DNA of 64,000 bases, taken from positions 61,125 to 125,124 of the forward strand of contig DASPRX010000261.1 in the NCBI GenBank assembly GCA_035624235.1, given 5' to 3'. Source of the DNA: Burkholderiales bacterium (GTDB lineage Bacteria > Pseudomonadota > Gammaproteobacteria > Burkholderiales > SG8-39). Each line of letters starts with the position of its first letter. Positions within the stretch are counted from its first letter, which is position 1. Made by a program: the position numbers and the translations under genes. The notes beneath the pieces were generated by a model. It saw only the letters and a program-made list of their open reading frames with translations. It did no database searches and was not told where the DNA came from. Positions 39,701 through 49,535 of this stretch are shown here, one piece after another.

Positions 39701-41896
39701 GACGACGACATCGACGCCCAGCTGTTGCCGCTGTTCCTGCAAGAAGGCACCGAGCTTCTGCCGCAGGCGGGCGAGCTGCTGCGCGCCTGGCGCGCAGATC
39801 CGGCCGACCTCGAGCGCGCCAAGGCCCTGCAGCGCGTGCTGCATACGTTTAAGGGCAGCGCGCGCATGGCAGGCGTCATGAGCCTGGGGGAGCTGACGCA
39901 CAACATGGAGACGCGTGTCGAGAACGCGATCGCGCTCAAGCTCTCGCCGGCGCAGCTTTTCGACGATCTCGATCTTTCCTTCGACCGCGTCAGCGTGCTG
40001 CTCGAGAGGCTGCACAAGCCGCTCGAGGAGGCAGCGCTCGCGCGCCCAAGTGCCGAGCCGACGGCGGCCCCCGCGCTTTCGCCGGAGCCGGGGCCTGCGC
40101 GCGGGCTTCTGCGGGTGCGCGCGGACATGCTGGAAAAGCTGGTCAACCAGGCCGGCGAAGTTGCGATCACCCGCTCGCGCATCGAGGTGGAGATGCGCAC
40201 GCTAAAGGCGGCGCTCGCCGATCTCACGGAGAACGTCGCGCGCCTGCGCGGCCAGCTGCGGGAGATCGAGATCCAGGCCGAATCGCAGATGCAGGCGCGC
40301 GTGCGGCAGGCGGAGGAAGCTGCGCTGGAATTCGATCCGCTGGAATTCGACCGCTTCACGCGCTTTCAGGAATTGACGCGCATGATGGCCGAAAGCGTCA
40401 ACGATGTCGCGACGGTGCAGCAGAACCTCACGCGCGTAGTGGACGACACTGACGCCGCGCTCTCCGCGCAGGCGCGCCTCAACCGCGAACTACAGCAGGA
40501 CCTGATGCGCGTGCGCATGGTGCCATTCGGCACGCTCGCACAGCGCCTGCATCGCCTGGTGCGCCAGACGGCCAAGGAGCTCGGCAAGCGGGCCAGCCTC
40601 GAGTTGCGCGGAGTGGGCGTCGAACTCGATCGCTCGGTGCTCGAGCGGATCACCGCGCCGCTCGAGCACCTGCTGCGCAACGCGCTCACGCACGGCATCG
40701 AGGCGCCGGCCGAGCGCGCGGCACGCGGCAAGACGGAGAGCGGCGAAATACACCTCGACGTGCGCCAGGAAGGAAACGAGGTCGTGCTCGCGCTCGCCGA
40801 CGACGGTGCCGGCCTTAATCTGGAGAAGATACGCGCCACCGCCGTCAGCAAGGGCCTCCTCGCGGCGGCCGATGCACCGAGCAACCAGCAACTGGCCGAC
40901 CTCATCTTCGTGCCGGGCTTCAGCACCGTCGAGCAAGTCACCGAGATCGCGGGCCGCGGGGTCGGGATGGACGTGGTCAAGGACGAAGTCGGAGCGCTCG
41001 GCGGGCGCGTAGAGCTGGAATCCTCGCCCGGGCAGGGAGCGCGATTCGTCATTCGCCTGCCGTTGACGACCGCCGTTACGCAGACGGTGCTGGTGAAATC
41101 GGGCGCTCGGACCTATGCCCTGCCCGGCGTGATGGTCGAGCAGGTGCAGCAGTTGCGCCCGGAACAGCTGACGAAGCTGCGCGCGATGGGCCACGTCGAA
41201 TGGGCGGGCAGACGCTATCCCTTCGCCTATCTGCCCGAGCTGCTCGGCGAGGCCGGCGCGCCGGACCACGCCGAGCGGCGCTATGCGCCAGTCCTGCTCT
41301 TGCGCTCGGGCGCGGAGGCGGCTGCGCTGCTCGTGGACGAAATGATCGGAAACCAGGAGGTGGTGGTGAAGAATCTCGGACCGCAGCTCGCGCGCGTGTC
41401 CGGGATATCCTCGATTACAGTCCTGGGAAGCGGCGAGACGGTGCTGATCCTGAACCCTCTGCCGCTCGTCAGGCGGCCGCGGCCGGCGCCGCAGCCGGAA
41501 CTCGGGCCGGCGCCCGCGGTCGAACCGGCGCGGCCCCGGGTGATGGTAGTTGACGACTCGCTCACAGTGCGTAAGATCACCGGCCGGTTGCTGGAGCGCG
41601 AAGGCTACCAAGTGACGACCGCCAAGGACGGCGTCGAGGCGCTGGAGAAGCTTTCGCTCGGGATCCCCGACGTCATCCTCATCGACATCGAGATGCCGCG
41701 CATGGACGGCTTCGACCTGACGCGCAACCTGCGCGCGGACCCCAAGCTGGCCAAGATTCCGGTGATCATGATCACTTCGCGCACTGCGGACAAGCACCGC
41801 GCCTACGCTCAGGAGCTCGGCGTGAACGTGTTTCTCGGCAAGCCGTACCAGGAACAGGAGCTGCTCGGCCACATCGCGGGCTTCCTCGGCCGCTGA
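36770..41896 (+). CDS. chpA: ChpA/PilL-type hybrid CheA histidine kinase (multi-Hpt, HATPase, CheW, receiver)
   Basis: ORF trimmed to ATG 36770. Two canonical Hpt sites (FHTLKGSGRMVGL with His codon at 38951; LHTFKGSARMAGV with His codon at 39842). Three degenerate Hpt-like sites (LHQAAGAVQIVGL at 36914; VHQVSGALGVLGE at 38252; AHTLASISGTVQIE at 39389). Also HATPase (LLRNALTHGIE, GRGVGMDVV), a CheW-like domain, and a C-terminal REC (VMVVDDSLTVRK...DIEMPRMDGF). Confidence 0.9.
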   Translation: MSATFDIGPLSWVKSEIDSSLERARAALQAYGGRADARGELRNCRAQLHQAAGAVQIVGLEGVSRFFEETEALTADLEAGRIADEQCAVRALESALTAIGAYLSDLMEGAPDQPLRLFPTLEALCEARGAPRPAEADLFYPDLSLAPPPREKPAVRLSREEAGAYLRSQSARFQRALVKWLRQPSERDALEDMLAAIDAVEQAQSVPAQRAFWWASGAFIDALAKGDLGPDPGVRQVATHVEQQLRRLVEGSPSVAERVLREVLYWVARAGGVGGAGAHEAASSRVLTARQAYRLQGSLPQEGAEPDVSQRMSMALALRESLASAKDAWTKYAAGIDSALAPFVQHARAIAERGSRLGNADLAALSLEISRVADHLEGASRHALTEAVAMEVATALLLAESAAENYRDLPIDFDREVKAMQARLAVAVFGAEATGVLPTAGLIDEMTRRAQERLATVSALAEMKANLHRIEQTLDAYFRDPARAGELAALEPLVHQVSGALGVLGEEQARAALERCAARIREFAAAKARPQLAEFEEVAQILSGLGFYIDALQHGKADFAAAMRPVGAGEAAAEADQTAARSLESVLRGKARSTLALYEALREAPEDERLRSELKDKLVEIRDDAELVADADLRKQANEALSQLDSASADRGQRLALSITELAAAPPPPSDQAERLRDASDEAIDHELLAIFLEEADGVLAAISDSLRESRAQPALLPQLVTIRRGFHTLKGSGRMVGLARLGEVALAVEQVLNLWLQDERSATPELHALIELAHRAFVDWIARLRAGEQQPDPSGVLAMAERVKRGEAAEPPAPAATAPAQEEEVVIDGKTISASLFAVFGNEARQHLDVLERELASAAATRTIGEELVRAAHTLASISGTVQIEPMHALGYALEAALARLRARTSPPGAAELTLLARGNASLREMYGAAIARRAPAARADLTQALEAIPGRATEAPAAAPAPSEQPAHERRQRRIDDDIDAQLLPLFLQEGTELLPQAGELLRAWRADPADLERAKALQRVLHTFKGSARMAGVMSLGELTHNMETRVENAIALKLSPAQLFDDLDLSFDRVSVLLERLHKPLEEAALARPSAEPTAAPALSPEPGPARGLLRVRADMLEKLVNQAGEVAITRSRIEVEMRTLKAALADLTENVARLRGQLREIEIQAESQMQARVRQAEEAALEFDPLEFDRFTRFQELTRMMAESVNDVATVQQNLTRVVDDTDAALSAQARLNRELQQDLMRVRMVPFGTLAQRLHRLVRQTAKELGKRASLELRGVGVELDRSVLERITAPLEHLLRNALTHGIEAPAERAARGKTESGEIHLDVRQEGNEVVLALADDGAGLNLEKIRATAVSKGLLAAADAPSNQQLADLIFVPGFSTVEQVTEIAGRGVGMDVVKDEVGALGGRVELESSPGQGARFVIRLPLTTAVTQTVLVKSGARTYALPGVMVEQVQQLRPEQLTKLRAMGHVEWAGRRYPFAYLPELLGEAGAPDHAERRYAPVLLLRSGAEAAALLVDEMIGNQEVVVKNLGPQLARVSGISSITVLGSGETVLILNPLPLVRRPRPAPQPELGPAPAVEPARPRVMVVDDSLTVRKITGRLLEREGYQVTTAKDGVEALEKLSLGIPDVILIDIEMPRMDGFDLTRNLRADPKLAKIPVIMITSRTADKHRAYAQELGVNVFLGKPYQEQELLGHIAGFLGR

Positions 41897-41968
41897 GCGC
41901 TTTCAGGCCCCCTTAGGCGCGGCAAAGCGCGCCGGAATCCGACGGCATGGGCTAAAATATGCCCAAGC

Positions 41969-42529
41969 ATGTCCTCGATCAATCTGACGCATCACTTCCT
42001 GATCGCCATGCCCAACATGGTCGATCCGCATTTCGCGAGGACGCTGACTTACGTATGCGAGCACAACGAGCAAGGCGCGCTCGGCGTCGTGGTGAATCGC
42101 CCGATCGACATGACCATGCAGGCGCTGTTCGAGCGCCTCTCGCTCACGCTGCGCCAGAGCGAGCTAGCAAATGCGCCGGTTTTCTTCGGCGGACCGGTGC
42201 AGACTGACCGCGGTTTCGTGCTGCATGCGCCGGCCGGCAACTGGCAGTCCACGCTTAGGGTGCGCGAGGCGATCGGACTGACCACTTCCAAGGACGTTCT
42301 GGAGGCCGTCGGGCGCGGCGAAGGCCCCGCCAAGATCCTGGTGACGCTCGGCTACGCCGGCTGGTCGGCCGGCCAGCTCGAGCACGAGTTGTCGCAGAAC
42401 GCGTGGCTCACGGTCGAGGCCCAGGACGCGATCATCTTCGACACCCCGGTCGAGGAGCGGCTGCCGGCGGCGATGGAGCTGCTGGGCATCGATTTTGCCC
42501 GCCTGCAGGACGAAGCTGGTCATGCCTGA
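41969..42529 (+). CDS. yqgE: YqgE/AlgH-family protein
   Basis: [40 protein letters not shown]. Confidence 0.9.
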   Translation: MSSINLTHHFLIAMPNMVDPHFARTLTYVCEHNEQGALGVVVNRPIDMTMQALFERLSLTLRQSELANAPVFFGGPVQTDRGFVLHAPAGNWQSTLRVREAIGLTTSKDVLEAVGRGEGPAKILVTLGYAGWSAGQLEHELSQNAWLTVEAQDAIIFDTPVEERLPAAMELLGIDFARLQDEAGHA

Positions 42530-43022
42530 GCGGCGCATATCCCGCACGGCAAGCGCCACTCTTCCCCCTCAGTCCAGCATTTCCGCTTCCGAAAGGGATT
42601 CGACGATCCTGGCGTTCGACTTCGGCGAACGGCGCACCGGCGTGGCCGTCGGCGACGCGCGGCTGCGCACCGCGCACCCGCTGAAGCCCATCGTGGCGAT
42701 CGGGGCCGCGCGCCTCAGGGCGATCGGCGCACTGCTCGCGGAGTGGCGACCCGCGCGGCTGGTTGTCGGATGGCCGGTCGCAGACGGCGGCAGGCCCCAT
42801 CCGCTCGCGCCGCGCGTCGAGCGCTTCGCGCGCCAGTTGGAGGACCGTTACGGCATCCAGGTCGTGCGCGTCGACGAGCGCTACACTTCGACCGCGGCCG
42901 AGAGCCGCATGCGCGAGGCGGCGGGCGCGCGCCGCACCGCCAGGGCTGCGCGCGCGCGCGAGCTTGACTCCTACGCTGCGCAGTTGATTCTCGAGCAGTA
43001 TTTCGATGAAGCCGCTGCCTGA
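42522..43022 (+). CDS. ruvX: Putative pre-16S rRNA nuclease / Holliday-junction-resolvase-like YqgF
   Basis: [17 protein letters not shown] and DERYTS. It has a ~25-aa N-terminal extension relative to typical RuvX. The only in-frame starts are 42522 and 42495. Confidence 0.85.
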   Translation: MPERRISRTASATLPPQSSISASERDSTILAFDFGERRTGVAVGDARLRTAHPLKPIVAIGAARLRAIGALLAEWRPARLVVGWPVADGGRPHPLAPRVERFARQLEDRYGIQVVRVDERYTSTAAESRMREAAGARRTARAARARELDSYAAQLILEQYFDEAAA

Positions 43023-43506
43023 CGCCGAGAAGTTGTGCGCCGGCTTGGTCGCCGAGCTGAAGCCGCTCGTCGGACCGAACACGGCGATGATCGGCCTGTA
43101 CACCGGTGGAGTGTGGCTCGCGGAGCGCTTGCACGCGGAGCTCGGATTGGCCGAACCGCTTGGCACGATGGATATTGCGTTCTACCGCGACGACTACCAC
43201 AAGCAGGGCCTGGCGCGCGATCCCAAGCGCACGCGCATCCCCTTCACGGTCGAGGGACGCGACCTGCTCCTGGTCGACGACGTGCTCTACACCGGGCGCA
43301 CCGTGCGCGCGGCGATGAACGAGCTGTTCGACTACGGCAGGCCGGCGCGGATTTCCCTGGTCGTTCTCGCCGACCGCGGCGGCCGGGAACTGCCGATCTG
43401 CGCGCAGCACTGCGGAGCGAAGGTGGACGTGCCTGCCGACATGCGCCTGCGCCTGCGTCGCGGCGACGACGGAAAACTCAGGCTTGAGCTTGAACGTGCA
43501 GAGTAA
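43006..43506 (+). CDS. pyrR: Bifunctional pyrimidine regulator / uracil phosphoribosyltransferase PyrR
   Basis: PRPP motif [17 protein letters not shown] and DIAFYRDD. Confidence 0.9.
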   Translation: MKPLPDAEKLCAGLVAELKPLVGPNTAMIGLYTGGVWLAERLHAELGLAEPLGTMDIAFYRDDYHKQGLARDPKRTRIPFTVEGRDLLLVDDVLYTGRTVRAAMNELFDYGRPARISLVVLADRGGRELPICAQHCGAKVDVPADMRLRLRRGDDGKLRLELERAE

Positions 43507-44449
43507 CCCGCAACTGAACGCCAACGGGGAGCTGCGGCACCTCCTGTCGATCGAAGGCCTGCCGCGAGAAGTGCTGCTCAGCATCCTGGACACTGCAGCG
43601 TCCTTTGTCGGCGTGACGGAACGCGAAGTGAAGAAGGTGCCGATCCTGCGCGGCAAGAGCGTGTTCAACCTGTTCTTCGAGCCCTCGACGCGCACCCGCA
43701 CCACGTTCGAGATCGCCGCCAAACGCCTCTCGGCCGACGTCATCAACCTGAACATCGCGGCGAGTTCGCAGACCAAGGGCGAGTCGCTGCTCGACACCGT
43801 GGCGAACCTCTCGGCGATGCAGGCCGACGTCTTCGTGGTGCGCCACGCGTCGTCGGGCGCGCCCTTCCTGATCGCTCAGCATGTCAAGCCGCACGAACAC
43901 GTCATCAACGCCGGCGACGGGCGGCACGCGCACCCTACGCAGGGTCTGCTCGATCTGTACACGATCCGCCACTACAAGCGGGACTTCTCCCGGCTGACCG
44001 TGGCCGTGGTCGGCGACGTGCTCCATTCGCGCGTGGCGCGCTCGCTGATCCACGGCCTCACCACGCTCGGCACGCCGGAAGTGCGCGTCATCGGCCCCCA
44101 GACGCTGCTGCCGACCGGCGTCGAATCGCTCGGCGTACGCGTATTCCACGACATGCGGGAGGGCCTGCGCGGCGCCGACGTCGCCGTGATGCTGCGCCTG
44201 CAGAGCGAGCGTATGCGCGGCGCATTGCTGCCGAGCGCTCAGGAGTATTTCAAGCACTACGGCCTGACGGCGGAGAAACTCGCGCTTGCCAGGCCCGACG
44301 CGATCGTGATGCACCCCGGACCGATGAACCGCGGCGTCGAGATCGACTCGACCGTGGCCGACGGACCTCACTCGGTGATCCTGCCCCAGGTTACCTTCGG
44401 CATTGCGGTGCGCATGGCGGTCATGAGCATGGTTGCGGGAACGTCGTGA
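43484..44449 (+). CDS. pyrB: Aspartate carbamoyltransferase catalytic subunit
   Basis: Non-ATG start (TTG 43484 or GTG 43496) overlapping pyrR. Motifs [21 protein letters not shown] and HPGPMNRG. Confidence 0.93.
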   Translation: MSLNVQSNPQLNANGELRHLLSIEGLPREVLLSILDTAASFVGVTEREVKKVPILRGKSVFNLFFEPSTRTRTTFEIAAKRLSADVINLNIAASSQTKGESLLDTVANLSAMQADVFVVRHASSGAPFLIAQHVKPHEHVINAGDGRHAHPTQGLLDLYTIRHYKRDFSRLTVAVVGDVLHSRVARSLIHGLTTLGTPEVRVIGPQTLLPTGVESLGVRVFHDMREGLRGADVAVMLRLQSERMRGALLPSAQEYFKHYGLTAEKLALARPDAIVMHPGPMNRGVEIDSTVADGPHSVILPQVTFGIAVRMAVMSMVAGTS

Positions 44450-45711
44450 AGATCCTGATTCGTAGCGGGCGCGTGGTCGATCCGGCGAGCGGGCGCGACG
44501 CCGTCGGCGATGTGGCGATCGCCGACGGACGCATCTGCGAGTCGCTCGCAGGCGAACCTGAGCGCGTCATCGACGCTCGTGGCCTGGTGGTCGCGCCCGG
44601 CCTCATCGACCTGTCTGCGCGCCTGCGCGAGCCGGGATACGAGCACAAGGCGACGCTCGAATCCGAGATGGACGCGGCGGTCGCGGGCGGAGTGACCAGC
44701 CTCGCCTGCCCGCCGGACACCGATCCGCCGCTGGACGAGCCCGGGCTCGTGGACATGCTGCGCCGGCGCGCCAAGGCGCTTTCGCGCGCGAGGGTATATC
44801 CGGTGGGCGCGCTCACCGTGCAGCTCGCAGGCGAGCGTCTGACCGAAATGGCCGAGCTGGCGGAGGCCGGCTGCGTGGCCTTTTCGCAGGCCAACTCGCC
44901 GCTCTCCGATACGCAGGTGCTCTGGCGTGCGCTGCAATATGCGGCCACCTTCGGTTTCCCCGTGTGGCTGCGCGCCGAGGACTACTGCCTGGCGCGCGGC
45001 GGAGTCGCACACGACGGCGAGGTCGCCACGCGCCTCGGCCTGCCTGGGATCCCGGCGTTCGCCGAGACGATCGCGCTCGGTGCGCTGCTTGAGCTGGTGC
45101 GCGCCTCCGGCGCGCGCCTGCACGTGTGCCGCCTGTCGAGCGCCGGGGCGGTGCAGCTGATGCGGGCGGCGAAAGCTGAGGGCCTGCCGGTCAGCTGCGA
45201 TGTCGGTGCGCACTACGTGCACCTGTCCGACATGGATCTCGGGTACTTCGATTCGCATTGCAGGCTCACTCCGCCGCTGCGCAGCCAGCGCGACCGGCAG
45301 GCTCTTTCCGCCGGGCTCGCGGACGGCACCATCGATTGCATGTGCTCGGACCATACCCCGGTAGACGAGGACCAGAAGCAGCTGCCTTTTTCCGAGGCCG
45401 AGCCCGGCGCGACGGGCCTCGAGCTGTTGCTGCCGCTTGCGCTCAAGTGGGGTGAGCAGAGGAATCTGCCGCTCGCCAGAACGTTGGCGCGCATCACGAG
45501 CGACCCCGCGCGCATTCTTGGGGTGCAATCCGGGCGCCTGGCGACCGGGGCGCCGGCCGACGTGGTGGTGTTCGACCCGCGGGCGCCGGTCCGGATAAGT
45601 GCGGGAATGCTCAGGAGCCAGGGCAAGAACACCCCGTTCCTCGGCTACGAGCTCGAGGGCCGCGTGCGCTACACGTTGGTCGCGGGCAAACCGGTGTACG
45701 AAAGCGTATGA
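44446..45711 (+). CDS. Dihydroorotase-like protein, probably the non-catalytic PyrC' type
   Basis: GTG start overlapping the pyrB stop. Amidohydrolase fold, but the first metal-binding DxHxH is replaced by [11 protein letters not shown] (44608-44622). Confidence 0.85.
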   Translation: MKILIRSGRVVDPASGRDAVGDVAIADGRICESLAGEPERVIDARGLVVAPGLIDLSARLREPGYEHKATLESEMDAAVAGGVTSLACPPDTDPPLDEPGLVDMLRRRAKALSRARVYPVGALTVQLAGERLTEMAELAEAGCVAFSQANSPLSDTQVLWRALQYAATFGFPVWLRAEDYCLARGGVAHDGEVATRLGLPGIPAFAETIALGALLELVRASGARLHVCRLSSAGAVQLMRAAKAEGLPVSCDVGAHYVHLSDMDLGYFDSHCRLTPPLRSQRDRQALSAGLADGTIDCMCSDHTPVDEDQKQLPFSEAEPGATGLELLLPLALKWGEQRNLPLARTLARITSDPARILGVQSGRLATGAPADVVVFDPRAPVRISAGMLRSQGKNTPFLGYELEGRVRYTLVAGKPVYESV

Positions 45712-46553
45712 ACCTGCGCCTTGCGCTCGCTTCCCTGGCCGTGCTGGGCCTCGCGGCCTGCGCGGGTGCGCCGACCCGGCCAGGCGAAGGCGCCGCGCGC
45801 GGCGGGTACTACAAGGATGACGGGCCGGGCGAGCGCGCGCCGGACCCCGCCATGCTCGCCGACGCTCAGCCTCGGCGCGAGCCGCTCATGCGGGGCGCGA
45901 ACCAGCCCTACGACGTGTTCGGCAAGCATTACGTTCCGTTCACCGAGCTGCGGCCGTTCACCCAGCGCGGCGTCGCGAGCTGGTACGGCAGGCGCTTCCA
46001 GGGCCAGAAGACCTCCAGCGGCGAGGCTTACGACATGTATGCGATGACCGCCGCGCACCCGCTGCTGCCGATCCCGAGCTACGCGCGCGTGACCAACCTC
46101 GCCAACGGCAAGAGTGTGGTGGTACGCATCAACGACCGCGGACCGTTCCATTCGAACCGCATCGTCGACCTGTCCTATGCCGCCGCCTACAAGCTGGGCT
46201 ACACGGCGGCCGGAAGCACGACGGTCGAGCTGCAGAGCATCATCCCGGGCGAGCAGCCCGAGCGGACGGCATCCGCGCAGGCGGCCCCGGCCGCCGCGGA
46301 GCCCGTCGCCGCCGCGGAGCCGAGCGGCGTGTACCTGCAGCTCGGCGCGTTTTCGGCACGCGACAGCGCCGAAAGTTACCGTGCCGCGATCTATAGGCGG
46401 CTCGCGTGGCTGACCGATCAGATTTACGTGTTCGCGAGCGGAAGCCTGTACAAGCTGCATCTGGGCCCGTATCCGAGCGAGGCAGACGCGAGCGCGATTG
46501 CGGCGCGCATTGAAACCGAAATGAACCTGAAACCCGTGTTCGTTGTCCGATAG
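45708..46553 (+). CDS. rlpA: Septal ring lytic transglycosylase RlpA (DPBB + SPOR)
   Basis: Lipobox LGLAAC, DPBB core WYGRRFQGQKTSSGEAYD...VRINDRGPF, and C-terminal SPOR domain VYLQLGAFSARDSAESY. ATGA overlap with the upstream gene. Confidence 0.9.
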   Translation: MNLRLALASLAVLGLAACAGAPTRPGEGAARGGYYKDDGPGERAPDPAMLADAQPRREPLMRGANQPYDVFGKHYVPFTELRPFTQRGVASWYGRRFQGQKTSSGEAYDMYAMTAAHPLLPIPSYARVTNLANGKSVVVRINDRGPFHSNRIVDLSYAAAYKLGYTAAGSTTVELQSIIPGEQPERTASAQAAPAAAEPVAAAEPSGVYLQLGAFSARDSAESYRAAIYRRLAWLTDQIYVFASGSLYKLHLGPYPSEADASAIAARIETEMNLKPVFVVR

Positions 46554-46617
46554 CGGTCCAACGCCACGCCCGCGCAGGTTCGGGGCGGGCGCTTTCCAGA
46601 AAGAAAGAAACGACACC

Positions 46618-47745
46618 ATGCTACGTTCCTCGATCGCCCTCCTGTTCGCCCTCGTCACCACCTGCGCGCGCGCCGCGGCGCCTCAGCCACCCGGCATCGA
46701 CGGTCATTCCTGGTTGCTCGCCGATCTGTCTAGCAACCAGATACTGGCCTCGGATAAAGCCGACGTGCGCTTCGAGCCGGCCTCGCTCACCAAGCTGATG
46801 GCCGCGTATCTGGTCTTCCGCGCGTTGCACGAGAAGCAGATCTCGCTCGAGCAGCCGGTCCAGGTGTCGGCGCGCGCCTGGAAGGCGCCCGGATCGCGGA
46901 TGTTCATCCAGCCGGGTATGCCTGTCACCGTCGGGGAGCTCATTCAGGGAATGGAGGTGGATTCGGGCAACGACGCGTGCACTGCGCTCGCCGAGACCGT
47001 CGCGGGATCCGAGGACGTGTTCGTTCAGATGATGAATCGCGAGGCGGTCCGGCTGGGAATGAAGAACACGCACTACGCCAACGTCACCGGCCTGCCCGAC
47101 CCGCAACACTACAGCACGGCGCACGACATATACCTGCTCACCACCGCACTGATCCGCGACTTCCCCGCGGAGTACGCACGGTACTACTCGCAGAAGGAAT
47201 ACACCTACAACCGCATCACGCAGCGCAACCGCAATCGCCTGCTGTGGCTCGATCCGAGCGTAGACGGAGTCAAGACCGGTCATACCGAGGCCGCGGGCTA
47301 CTGCCTGGTCGCCTCCTCCAAGCACGGCGAGCGGCGCTTGCTGTCGGTGCTGCTCGGCGCGCCCTCGGAGCAGGCGCGCGCGAGCGAATCGCTCAAGCTG
47401 CTCAATTGGGGCTACCAGTTCTACGACAGCGTCAAGCTGTATGACAAAGGGCAAACGGTCAAGCAGATCCAGGTGTGGAAAGGCGCCGAGCCGACCGTCA
47501 ACGCGGGCTTCGGCGGCGCCCTCATGCTGTCCGTGCCGAAGGGCGACTCCGACAAGCTGTCGGCGCAGCTCGTATCGCAGCGGCCGCTGCTGGCGCCGGT
47601 CGCCCAGGGCCAGCAAGTCGGCATGTTGCGCGTCACGCTGCAGGGCAGCCTGCTTGGCGAATACCCGCTCGTCGCGCTCCAGCCGGTGGCCACCGCAGGG
47701 ATTTTCGGCAGGGCATGGGATACACTGCGACTGTGGATGAAGTAG
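46618..47745 (+). CDS. D-alanyl-D-alanine carboxypeptidase (PBP5/6, S11 family)
   Basis: ORF trimmed to ATG 46618. Signal peptide, then SLTKLM (SxxK), DSGND (SxN) and KTGHT (KTG). Confidence 0.9.
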   Translation: MLRSSIALLFALVTTCARAAAPQPPGIDGHSWLLADLSSNQILASDKADVRFEPASLTKLMAAYLVFRALHEKQISLEQPVQVSARAWKAPGSRMFIQPGMPVTVGELIQGMEVDSGNDACTALAETVAGSEDVFVQMMNREAVRLGMKNTHYANVTGLPDPQHYSTAHDIYLLTTALIRDFPAEYARYYSQKEYTYNRITQRNRNRLLWLDPSVDGVKTGHTEAAGYCLVASSKHGERRLLSVLLGAPSEQARASESLKLLNWGYQFYDSVKLYDKGQTVKQIQVWKGAEPTVNAGFGGALMLSVPKGDSDKLSAQLVSQRPLLAPVAQGQQVGMLRVTLQGSLLGEYPLVALQPVATAGIFGRAWDTLRLWMK

Positions 47746-47755
47746 CGAGGGCCAG

Positions 47756-48622
47756 ATGATCTTTCTCAACGGCAAGTTCATGCCGATCGAGCAGGCGACG
47801 GTACCGGTGCTCGACCGAGGATTCATATTTGGCGACGGCGTGTACGAGCTTGTGCCGGTCTATTCGCGTGTGCCGTTCCGCCTCGACGAGCACCTGGCGC
47901 GTCTGGAGCGCAGCCTGCACGAGGTGGGAATCCGCAATCCGTGCTCGCGCGAGCGCTGGCGCGAGATCATCGCGCAGCTTGTCGCGCAGCAGCCCTACGA
48001 GGACCAGGGCGTGTACTTCCAGGTCACGCGCGGCGTCGCCAAGCGCGACCACGCATTTCCGAAAGGAGTGGAGCCGACGGTCTTCATCATGTCGAATCCG
48101 CTCGTCAACCCGCCCGCCGAGCTGGTCGAAGCGGGTGCGCGCGCCGTGACCGCGGCCGATTTTCGCTGGCTGCGCTGCGACATCAAGTCGATCTCGCTCA
48201 TCGGCAACTGCCTGCTGCGCCAGCTCTCCGCGGACGTCGGCGCGGTCGAAACGATCCTGCTGCGCGACGGCAAACTGACCGAAGCGTCCGCTTCCAACGT
48301 GTTCATCGTGAAGCAGGGGGTCATCCGCGGCCCGGCAAAGTCGAATCTCATTCTTCCCGGGATCACGTACGACGTCGTGATCGAGCTGGCGCAAGCGGCG
48401 GGCATACCGCTCGACATCGGCGAGGTGAGCGTGCGCGACCTGCGCGCGGCGGACGAGATCTGGGTAACCTCGTCCTCCAAGGAAGTGCTGGCGATTGTCG
48501 AGCTGGATGGCAGTCCGATCGGGGAAGGCCGACCCGGGGCGGTGTTCCGCCGCATGTACCAGCTCTACCAGGACTTCAAGCGGCGCGTGATGCGCGTCGG
48601 CAGGCAGACCGTGGCGGCGTGA
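47756..48622 (+). CDS. dat: D-amino-acid aminotransferase (class IV aminotransferase)
   Basis: VLDRGFIFGDGVYE, FRLDEHLARL and ITYDVV. Confidence 0.82.
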   Translation: MIFLNGKFMPIEQATVPVLDRGFIFGDGVYELVPVYSRVPFRLDEHLARLERSLHEVGIRNPCSRERWREIIAQLVAQQPYEDQGVYFQVTRGVAKRDHAFPKGVEPTVFIMSNPLVNPPAELVEAGARAVTAADFRWLRCDIKSISLIGNCLLRQLSADVGAVETILLRDGKLTEASASNVFIVKQGVIRGPAKSNLILPGITYDVVIELAQAAGIPLDIGEVSVRDLRAADEIWVTSSSKEVLAIVELDGSPIGEGRPGAVFRRMYQLYQDFKRRVMRVGRQTVAA

Positions 48623-48624
48623 GA

Positions 48625-48894
48625 ATGGGCGAGGTGCGCGAGTCGACGCTCACCTATCCTTGCGACTTCCCGATCAAGGTGATGGGCCGCCGCGAGGCGG
48701 GCTTCGCGCAAAGCGTGATGGAAATCGTGCTCAAGCACGCGCCGGACTTCCAGCCGGCGACGATGGAGATGCGACCCAGCCGGCAGGGGCGCTACTTGAG
48801 CCTCACGGTGACCGTGCAGGCGCGCTCGCGCGAGCAGCTCGACGGGCTCTACCGGGAATTGTGCGATCACCCCTCGGTCGTGATGGTGCTGTGA
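48625..48894 (+). CDS. ybeD: YbeD-family protein (DUF493)
   Basis: Out of the long ORF 47941..48894, only the last 89 codons from ATG 48625 are plausible. YPCDFPIKVMG motif and the conserved position before lipB. Confidence 0.85.
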   Translation: MGEVRESTLTYPCDFPIKVMGRREAGFAQSVMEIVLKHAPDFQPATMEMRPSRQGRYLSLTVTVQARSREQLDGLYRELCDHPSVVMVL

Positions 48895-49535
48895 TGCCCG
48901 GAGTGCTGGCGCCGGCGATGCAGCGCGTGCGCCTCGAGCGGCTCGGGCTCGCGCCCTACCTTCCCACCGTCGAAGCGATGCGCAAGTTCAGCGCGCGGCG
49001 CGGCGCCGACACGCCCGACGAACTGTGGTTGCTCGAGCATCCGCCGGTCTACACCCTCGGGCTGGGCGCCGATCCGGCGCACGGGCCGCGCGCCGACAAC
49101 GGCATTGCGGTGCAGCGCGTCGAGCGCGGCGGGCAGGTGACCTACCACGGACCGGGACAAGTCGTACTCTATGCGCTGGTCGACATCGGGCGCCGCGGCC
49201 TCGGCGTGCGCGAGTTCGTCGCGATGCTCGAGCAGTCGGTGATCGACCTGCTTGCCGAGCACGGCGTGCGCGCCGTGCGCAAGCCCGGCGCGCCCGGCGT
49301 TTACGTCGACGGTGCCAAGATCGCGGCGCTCGGCCTGCGCGTGTCGCGCGGCCGTACCTTTCACGGCCTGGCGCTCAACGTCGATGTCGATCTCGCGCCC
49401 TTCGCGGCGATCGACCCCTGTGGTTACCCGGGTCTGCGCGTGACGCGCCTGCGCGACCTCGGCGTCATGCAATCCTGCGCCGAAGCGGGCGAACGCCTCG
49501 CCGAGATCCTCCTCGCGAGGCTGGCGCATGCGTGA
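48894..49535 (+). CDS. lipB: Octanoyltransferase LipB
   Basis: ORF 48660..49535 trimmed to ATG 48894 (TGATG overlap with ybeD). Motifs [23 protein letters not shown] and KIAALG. Confidence 0.92.
   Translation: MPGVLAPAMQRVRLERLGLAPYLPTVEAMRKFSARRGADTPDELWLLEHPPVYTLGLGADPAHGPRADNGIAVQRVERGGQVTYHGPGQVVLYALVDIGRRGLGVREFVAMLEQSVIDLLAEHGVRAVRKPGAPGVYVDGAKIAALGLRVSRGRTFHGLALNVDVDLAPFAAIDPCGYPGLRVTRLRDLGVMQSCAEAGERLAEILLARLAHA

Noticed and set aside
37958-40015. 685-aa minus-strand ORF, and several other 200-460-aa ORFs in other frames inside chpA (e.g. 39445..40359, 40490..41872)
   Set aside because: chpA has unambiguous Hpt, HATPase, CheW and REC motifs in the plus frame. The overlapping ORFs are compositionally biased and motif-free.
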